A DNA stretch of 64,000 nucleotides from Gudongella sp. (GTDB lineage: Bacteria; Bacillota; Clostridia; Tissierellales; Tissierellaceae), in the NCBI GenBank assembly GCA_024649995.1, contig JANKMX010000002.1, positions 9,446-73,445 on the forward strand, given 5' to 3'. Positions 1-11,692 of this stretch are shown one piece after another. The stretch's first letter is position 1. The number at the start of each line of letters is the position of its first letter. Position numbers and translations under genes: made by a program. The notes under the pieces were generated by a model. That model was not told the DNA's origin. It made no database searches and saw only the letters and a list, made by a program, of their open reading frames with translations.

Positions 1-1
1 G

Positions 2-571
2 AAGGAAAGACTTAAGCTTATCCAGATAATGTTTATCATCCTTTCTGTTGGGGGAGTTATAGTCATTAATGTACTTAATGATTCAAGCGGCCTGGGTGGA
101 AACACCCTTGGGCTTATGTTTTTGACCATGTCCGTAATTTCCGGGACGCTTTACAGTCTGAGTTCAAAACGGGCATCCAGTCAGTTCACGCCTGTTGAGA
201 TAACCTACACTATGATGACCATCGGAGCAATTGTCTTCAACGGTACCCTTCTTGCCAGAAGCCTATTTGAGGGTACCCTTGCAGTATATTTCCAACCCCT
301 TACAAATCCTGAGGTATATGGACCAATACTTTATCTGGGGCTGCTGTCCTCAGTTGTTGCATTTTTCTTCCTGAACTTTACAATATCAAGGATTCCGGTA
401 TCCCAATCTGCCATATTCGGAAATCTTGTCACAGTTTTTGCAATCCTTGCAGGAGTATTCATACTCAATGAACCCTTCGGGACCAAGGATGTAATCGGAG
501 CAGCGATGATAGTTACAGGAGTTTGGGGAACACTCTACTTCGGATCAAGGAAGAAACGGGTTAGAGCTTAA
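2..571 (+). CDS. EamA/DMT-family permease, C-terminal portion (5' end outside window)
   Basis: The frame is open from base 2 to the stop at 569-571. The product is a series of hydrophobic helices resembling the second EamA repeat. No start can be assigned. Confidence 0.6.
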   Translation, partial: KERLKLIQIMFIILSVGGVIVINVLNDSSGLGGNTLGLMFLTMSVISGTLYSLSSKRASSQFTPVEITYTMMTIGAIVFNGTLLARSLFEGTLAVYFQPLTNPEVYGPILYLGLLSSVVAFFFLNFTISRIPVSQSAIFGNLVTVFAILAGVFILNEPFGTKDVIGAAMIVTGVWGTLYFGSRKKRVRA

Positions 572-652
572 GAAATTCGTAAGAATTCTGTGGAGTGTTT
601 TGTAAGAATTATCCCTTATACTTTTGATAAGGTAAAGGATGGTGGAGATTTT

Positions 653-1363
653 ATGGAAAAACCCCGTATTTTGGTTGTTGATGACGACAGGGAAATTGCA
701 GCAGCCATTGAAAAGCTTCTCTTATTGGAGGATTTTCTTGTGATTAGGGCCTATGATGGAATGGAGGCCTTGGACCTGCTCATGGGGGAAGAAATTCACC
801 TGATTATCATGGATGTCATGATGCCAAGGCTGGATGGCCTTTCTGCCACAATGAAAATCAGAGAAGAGAGAAATATCCCAATCATTGTCCTGTCAGCCAA
901 GTCCCAGGACAGCGACAAGATTCTTGGACTGTCCATGGGAGCGGACGACTACGTTACCAAGCCCTTCAACCCCCAGGAGCTGGTGGCAAGGGTAAGGAGT
1001 CAGTTGAGAAGGTACATGCAGCTTGGTGATTTGGGAAACGCAAGACAGGAATCAGGACTGAGGGTAGGGAGTCTCTATCTTGACGAAGAGTCAAGGGAGC
1101 TTCTTGTGGACGGAGAAAATATCCGTCTTACACCAACGGAATATGGGATCATTCAGCTTCTTATGAGAAATCCTGGGGTGGTGTTTTCAGCTGAGCAGAT
1201 ATATGAGAAGGTCTGGAAGGAAGAGGCCTACTCAGTGGAAAACACAGTTATGGTACATATCAGAAGGATACGGGAAAAAATCGAAATCAATCCAAAAGAA
1301 CCTAAATATCTAAAGGTGGTGTGGGGAATTGGATACAAGATTGAAAAGCTTCAGCAGAAGTAA
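653..1363 (+). CDS. OmpR/PhoB-family response regulator
   Basis: Receiver domain (ILVVDDD, IMDVMMP, SAK) plus a winged-helix output (LTPTEYGIIQLL, VWGIGYK). The ATG at 653 follows GGTGGAG, so the ORF-track start at 590 is probably too early. Confidence 0.9.
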   Translation: MEKPRILVVDDDREIAAAIEKLLLLEDFLVIRAYDGMEALDLLMGEEIHLIIMDVMMPRLDGLSATMKIREERNIPIIVLSAKSQDSDKILGLSMGADDYVTKPFNPQELVARVRSQLRRYMQLGDLGNARQESGLRVGSLYLDEESRELLVDGENIRLTPTEYGIIQLLMRNPGVVFSAEQIYEKVWKEEAYSVENTVMVHIRRIREKIEINPKEPKYLKVVWGIGYKIEKLQQK

Positions 1364-3155
1364 TTGGACAAAGCTGGCATCCTTTTTACTTATTGTGGCA
1401 ATGGTGGCTGGCATGTCTGGAATATTTGTTTATTGGTATTTTTCAGGGATAAATCCGGAGGTCCTTCTAACTGGGGACTACAAGGAAAGCGAGGCCTATG
1501 GAAGCGATCTCAGGTCTATTGCATATGGTGTGGCAAGAATACTGGAGGGTGAGCAGGAGACGGTTCCTGGCGGTATTAGTTTTTATGGCAAGAATGAAGA
1601 AAATACACTGTCCTGGCCTTCCAATCTAACTGAGAAACATTTCATTGAAGGGGAGGGGGAGTATTTCTATCTGGAGGAAGGCAGATTCAAAAACTCTGAA
1701 ACAGGTGAAACCATATTTCCATACGGGTCAGAGGCCTCATACGAAAAGGCCTACTTCTCCTTTGATGATGGCTATATGCAGCTAAAGCAAAAAGAATGGA
1801 CATCCGATAGGGAAGTCATGATTCCCCTTATGGTATGGCTTGTGATTATTCTCCTTGGTCTTGTGGCACTTTTGGTGTACCAGTTTATTGTAACAGGGAA
1901 GAAGGCTGGAGATGAAGAGGTTCACACTGCACCCTTTGATAGGATATACCTTGAACTCCTCATTGCTGGTCTTGCTCTTATGGGGCTCTTATGGTTCAGT
2001 GGCTTATCCAGCCTCTTGTATTCAGGTGACATAGGCTTCAATGGAAACGGCGGCATGTCATCAAGACAGACCCTTGGCATATATATGGTAGCAGCCTTAA
2101 CTGCATTTGTAACTGCAGGCGTAGGGGTGACTTTGTTGTCAGTTGCCCGAAGGATCAAGGCCAAGAAAATCATAGAGAGCAGCTTTATCTTTGGTGGACT
2201 GAGAAGAGGAGTTCAAAAGGGTAGAAGCTTTATGGACGGAAGTCGGTTTGACAGAGCATCCCTGACAGGGGTTCTTCATCAGAGGCAGATATATTTTGTT
2301 GCAGGAAGCTTGCTCCTTGTCCTATTGACCTTTCTAATGCTTATAGTAGCAACTCCCCTGGCAATCATCCCGCCTATCATGGAAGGCTTTCTGATTTACT
2401 GGTACTTCAAGTACAACAGGGAAACCTTTGACGAAATAGAAAAGGGTTTTAATGAGAGTCTGGAGGAGCAGATGAAGTCAGAGAGGATGAAAATAAACCT
2501 TGTGACAAATGTATCCCATGACCTGAAGACTCCCCTGACATCAATAATCAGCTATGTGGACCTGCTTTCAAGGGAGGAGGACATGTCCCCCTTGGCAAGG
2601 GACTATGTCAGAATCCTATCGGAAAAGTCCGAAAGGCTTAAAAACATAGTGTCTGACCTGTTTGATCTTGCAAGGAGCACCAGTGGTGACATTGATACTG
2701 ATTTTGAGGACCTTGACCTGAAAAAGCTGGTGGAGCAGACCCTGGTTGATATGGAGGACAGCATAGAGGCCTCGGGATTTCAAATCAGGACGGATCTTCC
2801 TGAGAGGTCCGTCAATATACATTCCGATGGCAAGAAGCTTTACAGGGTTATTCAGAACCTGATTGACAATGCCCTGAAGTATTCTCTAAAGGGCACAAGA
2901 GTGTATGTTGAGCTGGTGGAGGAAAAAGGTAAGGCGATTCTTGGAATCAAGAACACTGCGGGGTATGAAATGAATTTTTCAAAGGATGAGATCCTTCAGC
3001 GCTTTTTCCGTGGAGACCAATCAAGAAGCGGGGATGGGAGTGGATTGGGACTCTCCATTGCTGAGAGCTTTACCAGGGTATCTGGGGGAGAATTCGATCT
3101 TCAGGTTGACGGAGATCAGTTCAAGGTCATTGTGAAATTTCCTGTCGATAGATAA
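1329..3155 (+). CDS. Sensor histidine kinase (HisKA + HATPase_c) with membrane-anchored sensor region
   Basis: H-box VSHDLKTPLTSI, N-box IDNALKYS and G-box GDGSGLGLSIA. It overlaps the stop of the regulator gene. The start (TTG at 1329) is uncertain. Confidence 0.85.
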   Translation: MDTRLKSFSRSNWTKLASFLLIVAMVAGMSGIFVYWYFSGINPEVLLTGDYKESEAYGSDLRSIAYGVARILEGEQETVPGGISFYGKNEENTLSWPSNLTEKHFIEGEGEYFYLEEGRFKNSETGETIFPYGSEASYEKAYFSFDDGYMQLKQKEWTSDREVMIPLMVWLVIILLGLVALLVYQFIVTGKKAGDEEVHTAPFDRIYLELLIAGLALMGLLWFSGLSSLLYSGDIGFNGNGGMSSRQTLGIYMVAALTAFVTAGVGVTLLSVARRIKAKKIIESSFIFGGLRRGVQKGRSFMDGSRFDRASLTGVLHQRQIYFVAGSLLLVLLTFLMLIVATPLAIIPPIMEGFLIYWYFKYNRETFDEIEKGFNESLEEQMKSERMKINLVTNVSHDLKTPLTSIISYVDLLSREEDMSPLARDYVRILSEKSERLKNIVSDLFDLARSTSGDIDTDFEDLDLKKLVEQTLVDMEDSIEASGFQIRTDLPERSVNIHSDGKKLYRVIQNLIDNALKYSLKGTRVYVELVEEKGKAILGIKNTAGYEMNFSKDEILQRFFRGDQSRSGDGSGLGLSIAESFTRVSGGEFDLQVDGDQFKVIVKFPVDR

Positions 3156-3165
3156 CAACTAAAAT

Positions 3166-3196
3166 GACCCCTGAGGTGAAAATCACCACAGGGGTC
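3166..3196. terminator. Bidirectional stem-loop terminator between the convergent kinase gene and ychF
   Basis: GACCCCTG-A-GGTGA aaa TCACC-A-CAGGGGTC read directly from the sequence. Confidence 0.7.
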
Positions 3197-3215
3197 CCCT
3201 TAAGTCTTGAATCAA

Positions 3216-4310
3216 TTAAACGTTGAATCTGAAATGGACAACATCCCCATCCTTCATGATGTAGTCCTTGCCCTCAATTCTCACAAGGCCCTTTTCCCTT
3301 GCAGATGCCATGCTTCCACCATGGGCCATCAGGTCATCGTAGTGGATCACCTCAGCCCGTATAAAGCCCCTTTCAATGTCGGAGTGGATCTTGCCGGCAG
3401 CCTGGGGTGCTGGAGTGCCTCTTTTTATGGTCCATGCTCTGGACTCAGGCTCACCTGCTGTAAGGAAGCTTATGAGACCAAGAAGTCTGTAGCTTGCTTG
3501 AACCAGCTTGTCCAGTCCTGATTCGGAAAGTCCAAGGTCAGCAAGAAACTCTTTTCTTTCCTCTTCGTCAAGCTGTGAAATTTCCTCTTCAATTTCAGCG
3601 CTTACAACAACAACCTCTGCACCTTCAGTGGCAGCAAACTCCCTAACCTTTTCCACGTATGGGTTTTCATCCTCTGAGCCCACATCTGACTCTGAGATGT
3701 TTGCAATGTATATGATCGGCTTTGAGCTCAGCATATTGAAGGACCTCAGTATTGCTACCTCGTCATCTGTAAGATCCAGTGTCCTAAGTGACTTGCCCTC
3801 TTCCAGTACCTGGAGGGCCTTTTTAATAACTTCAACCTCAAGCCTCATGGACTTGTCATTCTTTGCAAGCTTCTGTGCCTTTTCAAGACGTCTCTCCAAA
3901 AGCTCCAAGTCTGACAGCATAAGCTCCAGGTTGATTGTCTCAATATCCCTTAGTGGGTCTATTCCCCCGGAGACATGGACAACATCCTCGTTCTGGAAGC
4001 ACCTGACAACATGGACAATCGCTTCAACCTCTCGGATATGTGACAGAAACTTGTTTCCAAGTCCCTCTCCCTTGCTAGCCCCTGCAACAAGTCCTGCTAT
4101 GTCATAGAACTCTATTGCTGTTGGGACTATCTTCTTTGAGTTGTAGATTTCCGCAAGCTTGTAGATTCTTTCATCTGGAACCGCCACAACCCCTACGTTT
4201 GGCTCAATTGTACAGAAGGGGTAGTTTGCAGATTCCGCTCCTGCGTGGGTTATTGCATTGAACAATGTACTTTTTCCTACATTAGGTAGGCCTACTATTC
4301 CTAGCTTCAT
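3216..4310 (-). CDS. ychF: Ribosome-binding ATPase YchF
   Basis: N-terminal G1 motif MKLGIVGLPNVGKSTLFNAIT. Full-length 364 aa with the typical C-terminal domain ending GDVVHFRFNV. Confidence 0.95.
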   Translation of the reverse strand: MKLGIVGLPNVGKSTLFNAITHAGAESANYPFCTIEPNVGVVAVPDERIYKLAEIYNSKKIVPTAIEFYDIAGLVAGASKGEGLGNKFLSHIREVEAIVHVVRCFQNEDVVHVSGGIDPLRDIETINLELMLSDLELLERRLEKAQKLAKNDKSMRLEVEVIKKALQVLEEGKSLRTLDLTDDEVAILRSFNMLSSKPIIYIANISESDVGSEDENPYVEKVREFAATEGAEVVVVSAEIEEEISQLDEEERKEFLADLGLSESGLDKLVQASYRLLGLISFLTAGEPESRAWTIKRGTPAPQAAGKIHSDIERGFIRAEVIHYDDLMAHGGSMASAREKGLVRIEGKDYIMKDGDVVHFRFNV

Positions 4311-4536
4311 ATTGATTTCCTTTCCATATATAAATTATTTTCATAGTCTATCCACGAGTTAGAATTATACCCTAAATAGCCTCAGATTGCAACGAAAGTA
4401 TTGCTCCTAGGAAGATTATATCACATAGGGACTTATGTTTAGGGAGGTTTTTCAGATATTCAATATCCTTGTATTAAATCGGTATTTATTGTAAACTGGT
4501 AATATTAGTTAGATACACAAAGTAATTGTAATATAG

Positions 4537-5421
4537 ATGGAGTGGATCAAGATGAGTGAAAAAATTACTGACATAGCCGGAGAAGGCTGTGAGATACTGG
4601 TTCCTTTCAATGAAAGGAAGCCCTTGAAGGACATAGAGAGAAGCATTATCAAAACCTACAGGAAGCATGTATGGACCAAGTTCATTAAGGCGGTAAAGGA
4701 ATATGAGCTGATTCAGGATGGGGACAAGATAGCTGTTGCTATATCTGGTGGAAAGGACAGCCTCCTGATGGCTAAGCTTTTTCAGGAGCTGCACAAATAT
4801 GGAACACAGAATTTTGAGTTGGAGTTCATAGCAATGGATCCCGGCTACCATCCCGATATCAGGGACCTACTGGAGGATAACTGCAGGTATCTGGATATAC
4901 CTGTACACATCTACGAAGCCAATGTCTTTGAGGTCGCAGATAAGATAGCCCAGGACTATCCCTGCTACATGTGTGCAAGGATGAGAAGGGGAGCCCTCTA
5001 TGGAAAGGCCCAGGAGCTTGGCTGCAACAAGCTTGCCCTTGGACACCATTACAATGATGTTATTGAGACCACCATGCTGAATGTCCTTTGCGCGGGTAAC
5101 TTCAAGACCATGATGCCAAAATTGAAGGCACAAAATTTTGAGAAGATGGAGTTGATCAGGCCAATGTACCTGATTGAGGAAAAATACATTGAACGTTTTA
5201 TTCAGAATGCCGGAATATGGCCGCTTAACTGCGCCTGTATGGTGGCGGCCAAAAAGATTGGAAACAAGAGGACTGAAATCAAAGAACTGATTGAAAGGCT
5301 TAAGGATGATTTCCAGAATGTTGACAGTTCAATATTCAGAGCTGCACAAAATGTCAATATGGAAGGGATTCTCGGATGGGAAAAGGATGGAGAGAAGCAT
5401 TCCTTCCTGGATGAATATTAG
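4537..5421 (+). CDS. TtcA-family PP-loop ATPase (tRNA thiolation type)
   Basis: PP-loop SGGKDS, Cys pairs CYMCARMRRG and LNCACM, and LALGHHYND. An alternative start is the ATG at 4552. Confidence 0.75.
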   Translation: MEWIKMSEKITDIAGEGCEILVPFNERKPLKDIERSIIKTYRKHVWTKFIKAVKEYELIQDGDKIAVAISGGKDSLLMAKLFQELHKYGTQNFELEFIAMDPGYHPDIRDLLEDNCRYLDIPVHIYEANVFEVADKIAQDYPCYMCARMRRGALYGKAQELGCNKLALGHHYNDVIETTMLNVLCAGNFKTMMPKLKAQNFEKMELIRPMYLIEEKYIERFIQNAGIWPLNCACMVAAKKIGNKRTEIKELIERLKDDFQNVDSSIFRAAQNVNMEGILGWEKDGEKHSFLDEY

Positions 5422-5432
5422 GGAGTGATAAA

Positions 5433-6080
5433 ATGGTATATACACCACAAAGACTTTTTAAGGTTGTGGTAGGTCTGTTCATATTCGCTGTAGGAATTGT
5501 ACTGACCATAAACGCAAGCATGGGTGTTTCTCCATGGGATGTATTCCATCAGGGCGTATCAAGAACAGTAGGCATAACAATTGGTCAGGCCCACATAATA
5601 ATGGGCTTTCTGATAATCCTTCTTGATATTTATCTGGGACAGGCCATAGGATGGGCAACAATCATGAACATGCTGCTTATAGGTACCTTTATAGATGTTA
5701 TTATGCTGAATGAGCTGGTTCCAGTGGCTCAAACGCCTTTAATCGGTCTTGCTATGATAATTGCAGGTATTGCAGTTCAAGGACTTGGATTCGCGGCCTA
5801 TATTTCCCAGGGAATAGGTGCAGGACCAAGGGACGGATTGATGGTTGTCCTTACGAAAAGAACCGGGAAATCCGTCCGGCTCATAAAGAGTTTGATTGAA
5901 GCAACCGTTGTAACAATAGGAATTATACTTGGGGGCAGCTTTGGAATAGGGACAATCATAATGGCTTTTTTCGGAGGGATCATTTTCCAGGCGACCTTCA
6001 GATTGATCAGGTTCAGGGTGGAAAATGTGGAGCATAGATTTATACAGGATGACTTGAAGGCAATGAAGAATAGGGTATAG
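5433..6080 (+). CDS. Polytopic membrane protein, YczE/YitT-like
   Basis: 215 aa with about 6 TM helices. The N-terminal GIVLTINASMGVSPWDVFHQG resembles the YczE family. Confidence 0.55.
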   Translation: MVYTPQRLFKVVVGLFIFAVGIVLTINASMGVSPWDVFHQGVSRTVGITIGQAHIIMGFLIILLDIYLGQAIGWATIMNMLLIGTFIDVIMLNELVPVAQTPLIGLAMIIAGIAVQGLGFAAYISQGIGAGPRDGLMVVLTKRTGKSVRLIKSLIEATVVTIGIILGGSFGIGTIIMAFFGGIIFQATFRLIRFRVENVEHRFIQDDLKAMKNRV

Positions 6081-6108
6081 AGAATGGATGGCAGGGATGC
6101 CATCCATT

Positions 6109-6795
6109 CTATTTGATCTCAAATATATGGTTCCTCTTATGAATCCCATGGATATGTGTACTGTTTGCCATGGGAATGTTGATAAATTCATTAATTATCT
6201 CAAAGTTATCCCCAAAGTGCAGGGGAAAGAAATGCTTTGGCTTGATATTGTCAACAAAGTATTTGCCTCCCAGTGAATAATGGTCTCCAAGTCTAGGGTC
6301 AACAGGGAAAAAAGCAAGGTCAATTTGCTTACCCCTAATCCTGTCAATCTCACTTTTGAAATCCCTTTCCATTTGAGCCTTCTCCTCCAGGGAGTCCTCT
6401 TCCCAGTGCCACCAGTGAAGATCACCTGCAAAGAAGAGGCTTGCACCATCAACCTGTACAAGGAAAGAGACCCCCTGGTCTGTTGAGCCAAAGGTTTCAA
6501 CGGAAAAATCCGTGAAATCCAACCGTTCATATGGTCCCATAAGCCGTATCCTACCATTTGATGGCACCATGATGTCATCGCTTAGGATATAGGTGATATC
6601 ATCGCTTGCCAAGGTCCATTTGAAGATGTCCTCGTTGAAATGGTCCGGGTGTGAATGACTTACAAAGACAATGACCGGTTTGTCGGGAAGCTCTATGTCC
6701 CCCTTGAAATAGTCAAAGACCATATAGTAATTTTCGGTTTCAACTGCATAACCGCTGTGATATATATATTCCACTTTTATTTTTGTGCCCCTCAT
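6109..6795 (-). CDS. MBL-fold metallo-hydrolase
   Basis: VSHSHPDH (HxHxDH) motif with downstream His/Asp ligands. GGAGG lies upstream of the start. Confidence 0.75.
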   Translation of the reverse strand: MRGTKIKVEYIYHSGYAVETENYYMVFDYFKGDIELPDKPVIVFVSHSHPDHFNEDIFKWTLASDDITYILSDDIMVPSNGRIRLMGPYERLDFTDFSVETFGSTDQGVSFLVQVDGASLFFAGDLHWWHWEEDSLEEKAQMERDFKSEIDRIRGKQIDLAFFPVDPRLGDHYSLGGKYFVDNIKPKHFFPLHFGDNFEIINEFINIPMANSTHIHGIHKRNHIFEIK

Positions 6796-6921
6796 CTAGT
6801 AACCTCCTCTTGACTATAATAATAGTCTACCCATTTTTACTATTTTTCCACCTGATTTTCATATTCCTTTCACATTGGGCTTGTAGAATCTAATTAGTAA
6901 ACAAGGAAAGGAGATTTGAAA

Positions 6922-8136
6922 ATGGATAGCAACAATAATATAGACCAAAAGATTAATGTTGACCAGGATGTTGAGAGTGGTCAAGTGGTAGATAATCATG
7001 AGAAGCAGAATTTCCATGATGGGAAGGAAAAAAGAGGTAGAAATTGGATCTTTCTGGTTGCGGTGGTTCTCCTGATTTCCTTTGTTGGTGGATTTGCGGG
7101 AGCCTATTTTGGAAATGGTTATTTTGCAAGTCAGGACAGCCCCAATGCCTATGTTCAGGACCCCATAACAATCAATCCCAATGACAGCATCACAGCTGTT
7201 TCTGCAGTTGCCAAAAAGAGCATGAGTTCAGTTGTGGGTATTACAACGGTTGAAACCCAGGAGTTCTGGTTTTCACAGCAGGATGTCAGTGGGGTAGGCT
7301 CTGGGGTAATCGTACATGAAGATGGATATATCCTGACCAACTCCCATGTGGTTGCAGACGGAGAGGCAAAGGAAATAACCGTAAAATTTGAGGATGGAGA
7401 ACAGACGGATGGGGAGGTGCTTTGGAATGACCCCTTCCTTGACCTTGCTGTCGTCAAGGTTGAGCGGAGCAAGCTTCCTGTGGCAATATTGGGAGATTCC
7501 GACAGTCTGGTGGTTGGGGAGCTGGCAGTGGCTATAGGAAACCCATTGGGACTTGAATTTGAAAGGACCGTTACCAGTGGAGTGATTTCAGGACTCAACA
7601 GAGCTGTAAGGGTTGATAGGAGCAATATCATTGAGGATCTTATACAGACTGATGCATCAATCAATCCTGGAAACAGTGGAGGTCCCCTTTTGAACGGAAA
7701 GGGAGAGGTCATTGGAATAAACACTGCAAAGATGCAGACCGCCGAGGGTTTGGGATTTGCCATTCCAATTAACCTTACAAAGCCAATCATTGAGGATATC
7801 ATCAAAACTGGAACACATCAGACGGTGCTTCTTGGAATAACAGGTGTTTCTCTGGAGGAATACGAGGCAAGGCTTGGAATTGACCTGGAGCCTGAAGGCG
7901 GAGTGGTGGTAATTGAGGTCCAGCCTGCATCCACAGCACAGGAAGCAGGAATACTTCCTGGTGATGTGATTACAAGAATAGCTGATAGGGATATATCAAA
8001 TATGGGTCAGCTGAGAAGAGCCTTGTACAAATATGACTCTGGAGATGAAGTTGAGCTTAGAATCATAAGAAACGGAGAGGAACAAATCCTCCTTCCTGTT
8101 TTCAAGGATACAAAAACAAATCCTGAGACAAATTGA
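6922..8136 (+). CDS. htrA: HtrA/DegP-family serine protease with N-terminal TM anchor and one PDZ domain
   Basis: Triad context NSHVV, DLAVVKV and GNSGGPL, with a C-terminal PDZ (GVVVIEVQPASTAQEAGILPGDVI). The ATG at 6922 is better spaced from AAGGAG than the TTG at 6916. Confidence 0.9.
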   Translation: MDSNNNIDQKINVDQDVESGQVVDNHEKQNFHDGKEKRGRNWIFLVAVVLLISFVGGFAGAYFGNGYFASQDSPNAYVQDPITINPNDSITAVSAVAKKSMSSVVGITTVETQEFWFSQQDVSGVGSGVIVHEDGYILTNSHVVADGEAKEITVKFEDGEQTDGEVLWNDPFLDLAVVKVERSKLPVAILGDSDSLVVGELAVAIGNPLGLEFERTVTSGVISGLNRAVRVDRSNIIEDLIQTDASINPGNSGGPLLNGKGEVIGINTAKMQTAEGLGFAIPINLTKPIIEDIIKTGTHQTVLLGITGVSLEEYEARLGIDLEPEGGVVVIEVQPASTAQEAGILPGDVITRIADRDISNMGQLRRALYKYDSGDEVELRIIRNGEEQILLPVFKDTKTNPETN

Positions 8137-8162
8137 TGTCTCAGGATATTTTTAATCTCCTA

Positions 8163-9770
<1,608 letters not shown>

Positions 9771-9861
9771 TCAGTATTTTCATCAAGTCATTGTATCATG
9801 GGAGACTTTTTAATTCAACAAAAAAGAACCTTTTCAGGTCCCTTTAACTGTATTAATGAAA

Positions 9862-10287
9862 TTATTGCCAAATTCCCACGGATTTTGACAGAAAATCACT
9901 TTTTCTGGCCCTCGATGCCGCCTTGGCTGAATTCTTTACACCTAGCCAGGCAAAGCATGAAATTGCAGCGATTGTTCCAAGCCTACCCCCTACACCAGCA
10001 TAGGAAGTGGCGGTTATTGAAAATAAAAGACCTATAATTGCAGAAATCATCACCATATCCAGTATGGTAGGTGCATTCTTCCTGGAGACCATTCCGCCAT
10101 AGGAAGCGCAGGCTGCCACTACCATAAGTGTTGAGCCCGTGGTTGGAAAGAAATAGGGGAAAATTATCCCTGAAGCAAGGGTTACAGATGCTGATGCAAG
10201 CACTGCTCCCTTTTTAAGATTATTTGCTATGAAATATGTCGTAACGCCTGCCGCAATGGCAGTCAATATGATCAGTAATATGTCCAT
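9862..10287 (-). CDS. Small Gly/Ala-rich membrane protein (paralog of the next gene)
   Basis: The ATG at 10287 is preceded by AGGAGGGAAACC, so the track start at 10368 is likely too early. It shares ...YAGVGGRLGTIAA... with ...YAGIGGKGGTTAA... of the neighbour. Confidence 0.6.
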   Translation of the reverse strand: MDILLIILTAIAAGVTTYFIANNLKKGAVLASASVTLASGIIFPYFFPTTGSTLMVVAACASYGGMVSRKNAPTILDMVMISAIIGLLFSITATSYAGVGGRLGTIAAISCFAWLGVKNSAKAASRARKSDFLSKSVGIWQ

Positions 10288-10297
10288 GGTTTCCCTC

Positions 10298-10657
10298 CTA
10301 GCCCAAAAATCCTGAAATAGCTCTGGTAACAAGAGCTGCGGCAGCAGCTGTGGTTCCACCCTTGCCACCGATACCAGCGTAGATTTCCGTTGTAGTTATA
10401 ATCACTAAACCTGCAAACAACCCACCCATCAGTGCCAGCATAAGTGATGGAAGAACTGCCAATGAACTCATCCCAACAAAGGATGAAGTGTAGGCAACCC
10501 CAGCAAGGGCTCCTGGCATAAGAAAAGCTGCCAGAACTCCAATTAGTCCGTTGGCCACAATCGGTCCAAGTCCCAAATGATGGTTGAGAATCCAGGTTAG
10601 TGCTGTGCTCCCAGTGGCCAATGCCAGTATTTCAAGCTTTCTTTTGTCAACTGTCAT
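10298..10657 (-). CDS. Small Gly/Ala-rich membrane protein
   Basis: 119 aa with 3-4 TM helices. Tandem and similar to 9862-10287. Confidence 0.6.
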   Translation of the reverse strand: MTVDKRKLEILALATGSTALTWILNHHLGLGPIVANGLIGVLAAFLMPGALAGVAYTSSFVGMSSLAVLPSLMLALMGGLFAGLVIITTTEIYAGIGGKGGTTAAAAALVTRAISGFLG

Positions 10658-10660
10658 TTA

Positions 10661-10834
10661 TTATTCACCCTCCTTCAGTTCCCTGTAGTGGTCTACAAGA
10701 CTTAGGGTAAAAAAGTAACCAACTGTCATTAGAATTATTGTATTGAGTGGACTCATTTCATTAAGTCCCACAGTAAATAATAGTCCTGAACCTGTAGCTG
10801 CAAAGGCTACAAGTCCAATCAACTTTTTAGTCAT
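10661..10834 (-). CDS. Small two-TM membrane protein
   Basis: 57 aa counted from the ATG that follows GGAGG. It lies 3 nt upstream of the next gene on the same strand. Confidence 0.45.
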   Translation of the reverse strand: MTKKLIGLVAFAATGSGLLFTVGLNEMSPLNTIILMTVGYFFTLSLVDHYRELKEGE

Positions 10835-11212
10835 AATAGAACCTCCAGTGGACATTGTTATTAATATAACGGAATATTATCATGATATGAAGTATAAATC
10901 AATAGTAATTGGTAAAAAACACAATGTTTTTCACAAAAACTAAAAACAAAATTTCTCAAAATTACTAAAAAGGAGAGTTATAGATTAAATCTGAGTAAAC
11001 ATCTACAAATTTAACAGTATCAATTTTAAAGTGAAAAATATAACAAACATATGATCCTTTGGATATATGGACCAATCATATGGCCATGACCGTCAATTAC
11101 GGGTGCAAACATTCAAATTGAGCCAATTATTTTCATGAATTCCCAATATGTGAGGGAAACAATATCCATTTCATGTTATAATTAACATTAGAATGGATGA
11201 AAGGGGATTCCT

Positions 11213-11692
11213 ATGTTTATATATATTTTACAAAGAGTCGCAATGCTGGTTTCAATAATGCTAATGCTGTTGGGTACAGTCTTTTATTTTTCCGATTCAA
11301 TAAAGTATGAGCCAATGATTCAGGTAATCCAGGAGGATTATCCTCAATATGAGTTCTATTCCACCCAGCCTGATGAATATGAGAATCTTGATATTGAATA
11401 TAACCGAATACTTGCATTTGATAACCTTGAGTTCCATATGTTTGACAAGGATAGCTCAGTAGATGAGCCTAGGCTTCAGGAGGAGGTAGTGAGGGGATTG
11501 GATTCCCAGCAGGTGGTTGAACTGAGGAACCAGGTGGGTTTGCTTTCAGGTGACATACATGACTATTATCTTCCCAGGGCATTTTTCAGGTACGCCAGAG
11601 GACATTATGCGGTGTTCTTCATAGTAGCTGCATTTGAGACCATCAGGATAATGATGGCTGGAGACCGTGAAAGGAGGAAAAATGTCAAATAG
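11213..11692 (+). CDS. Hypothetical membrane-anchored protein
   Basis: 159 aa with TM helices at both ends. Preceded by AAAGGGGA and overlaps the next gene by 11 nt. Confidence 0.5.
   Translation: MFIYILQRVAMLVSIMLMLLGTVFYFSDSIKYEPMIQVIQEDYPQYEFYSTQPDEYENLDIEYNRILAFDNLEFHMFDKDSSVDEPRLQEEVVRGLDSQQVVELRNQVGLLSGDIHDYYLPRAFFRYARGHYAVFFIVAAFETIRIMMAGDRERRKNVK

Noticed and set aside
1364-1552. 62-aa ORF just after the response regulator stop
   Set aside because: It lies inside the histidine kinase gene in another frame, has a Trp/Cys/Gly-rich composition and has no RBS.
3508-4107. 199-aa Ser-rich ORF on the plus strand
   Set aside because: It lies entirely antisense to the highly conserved ychF and has low-complexity composition. 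It is a typical shadow ORF. The same reasoning applies to 7155-7805, 8320-8958, 50172-50870, 61014-61805 and the other antisense track entries.
10856-11212. 357-bp AT-rich non-coding gap, examined for sRNA, riboswitch or repeats
   Set aside because: I recognised no conserved RNA motif, terminator or repeat. It is most simply a promoter-containing divergent intergenic region.
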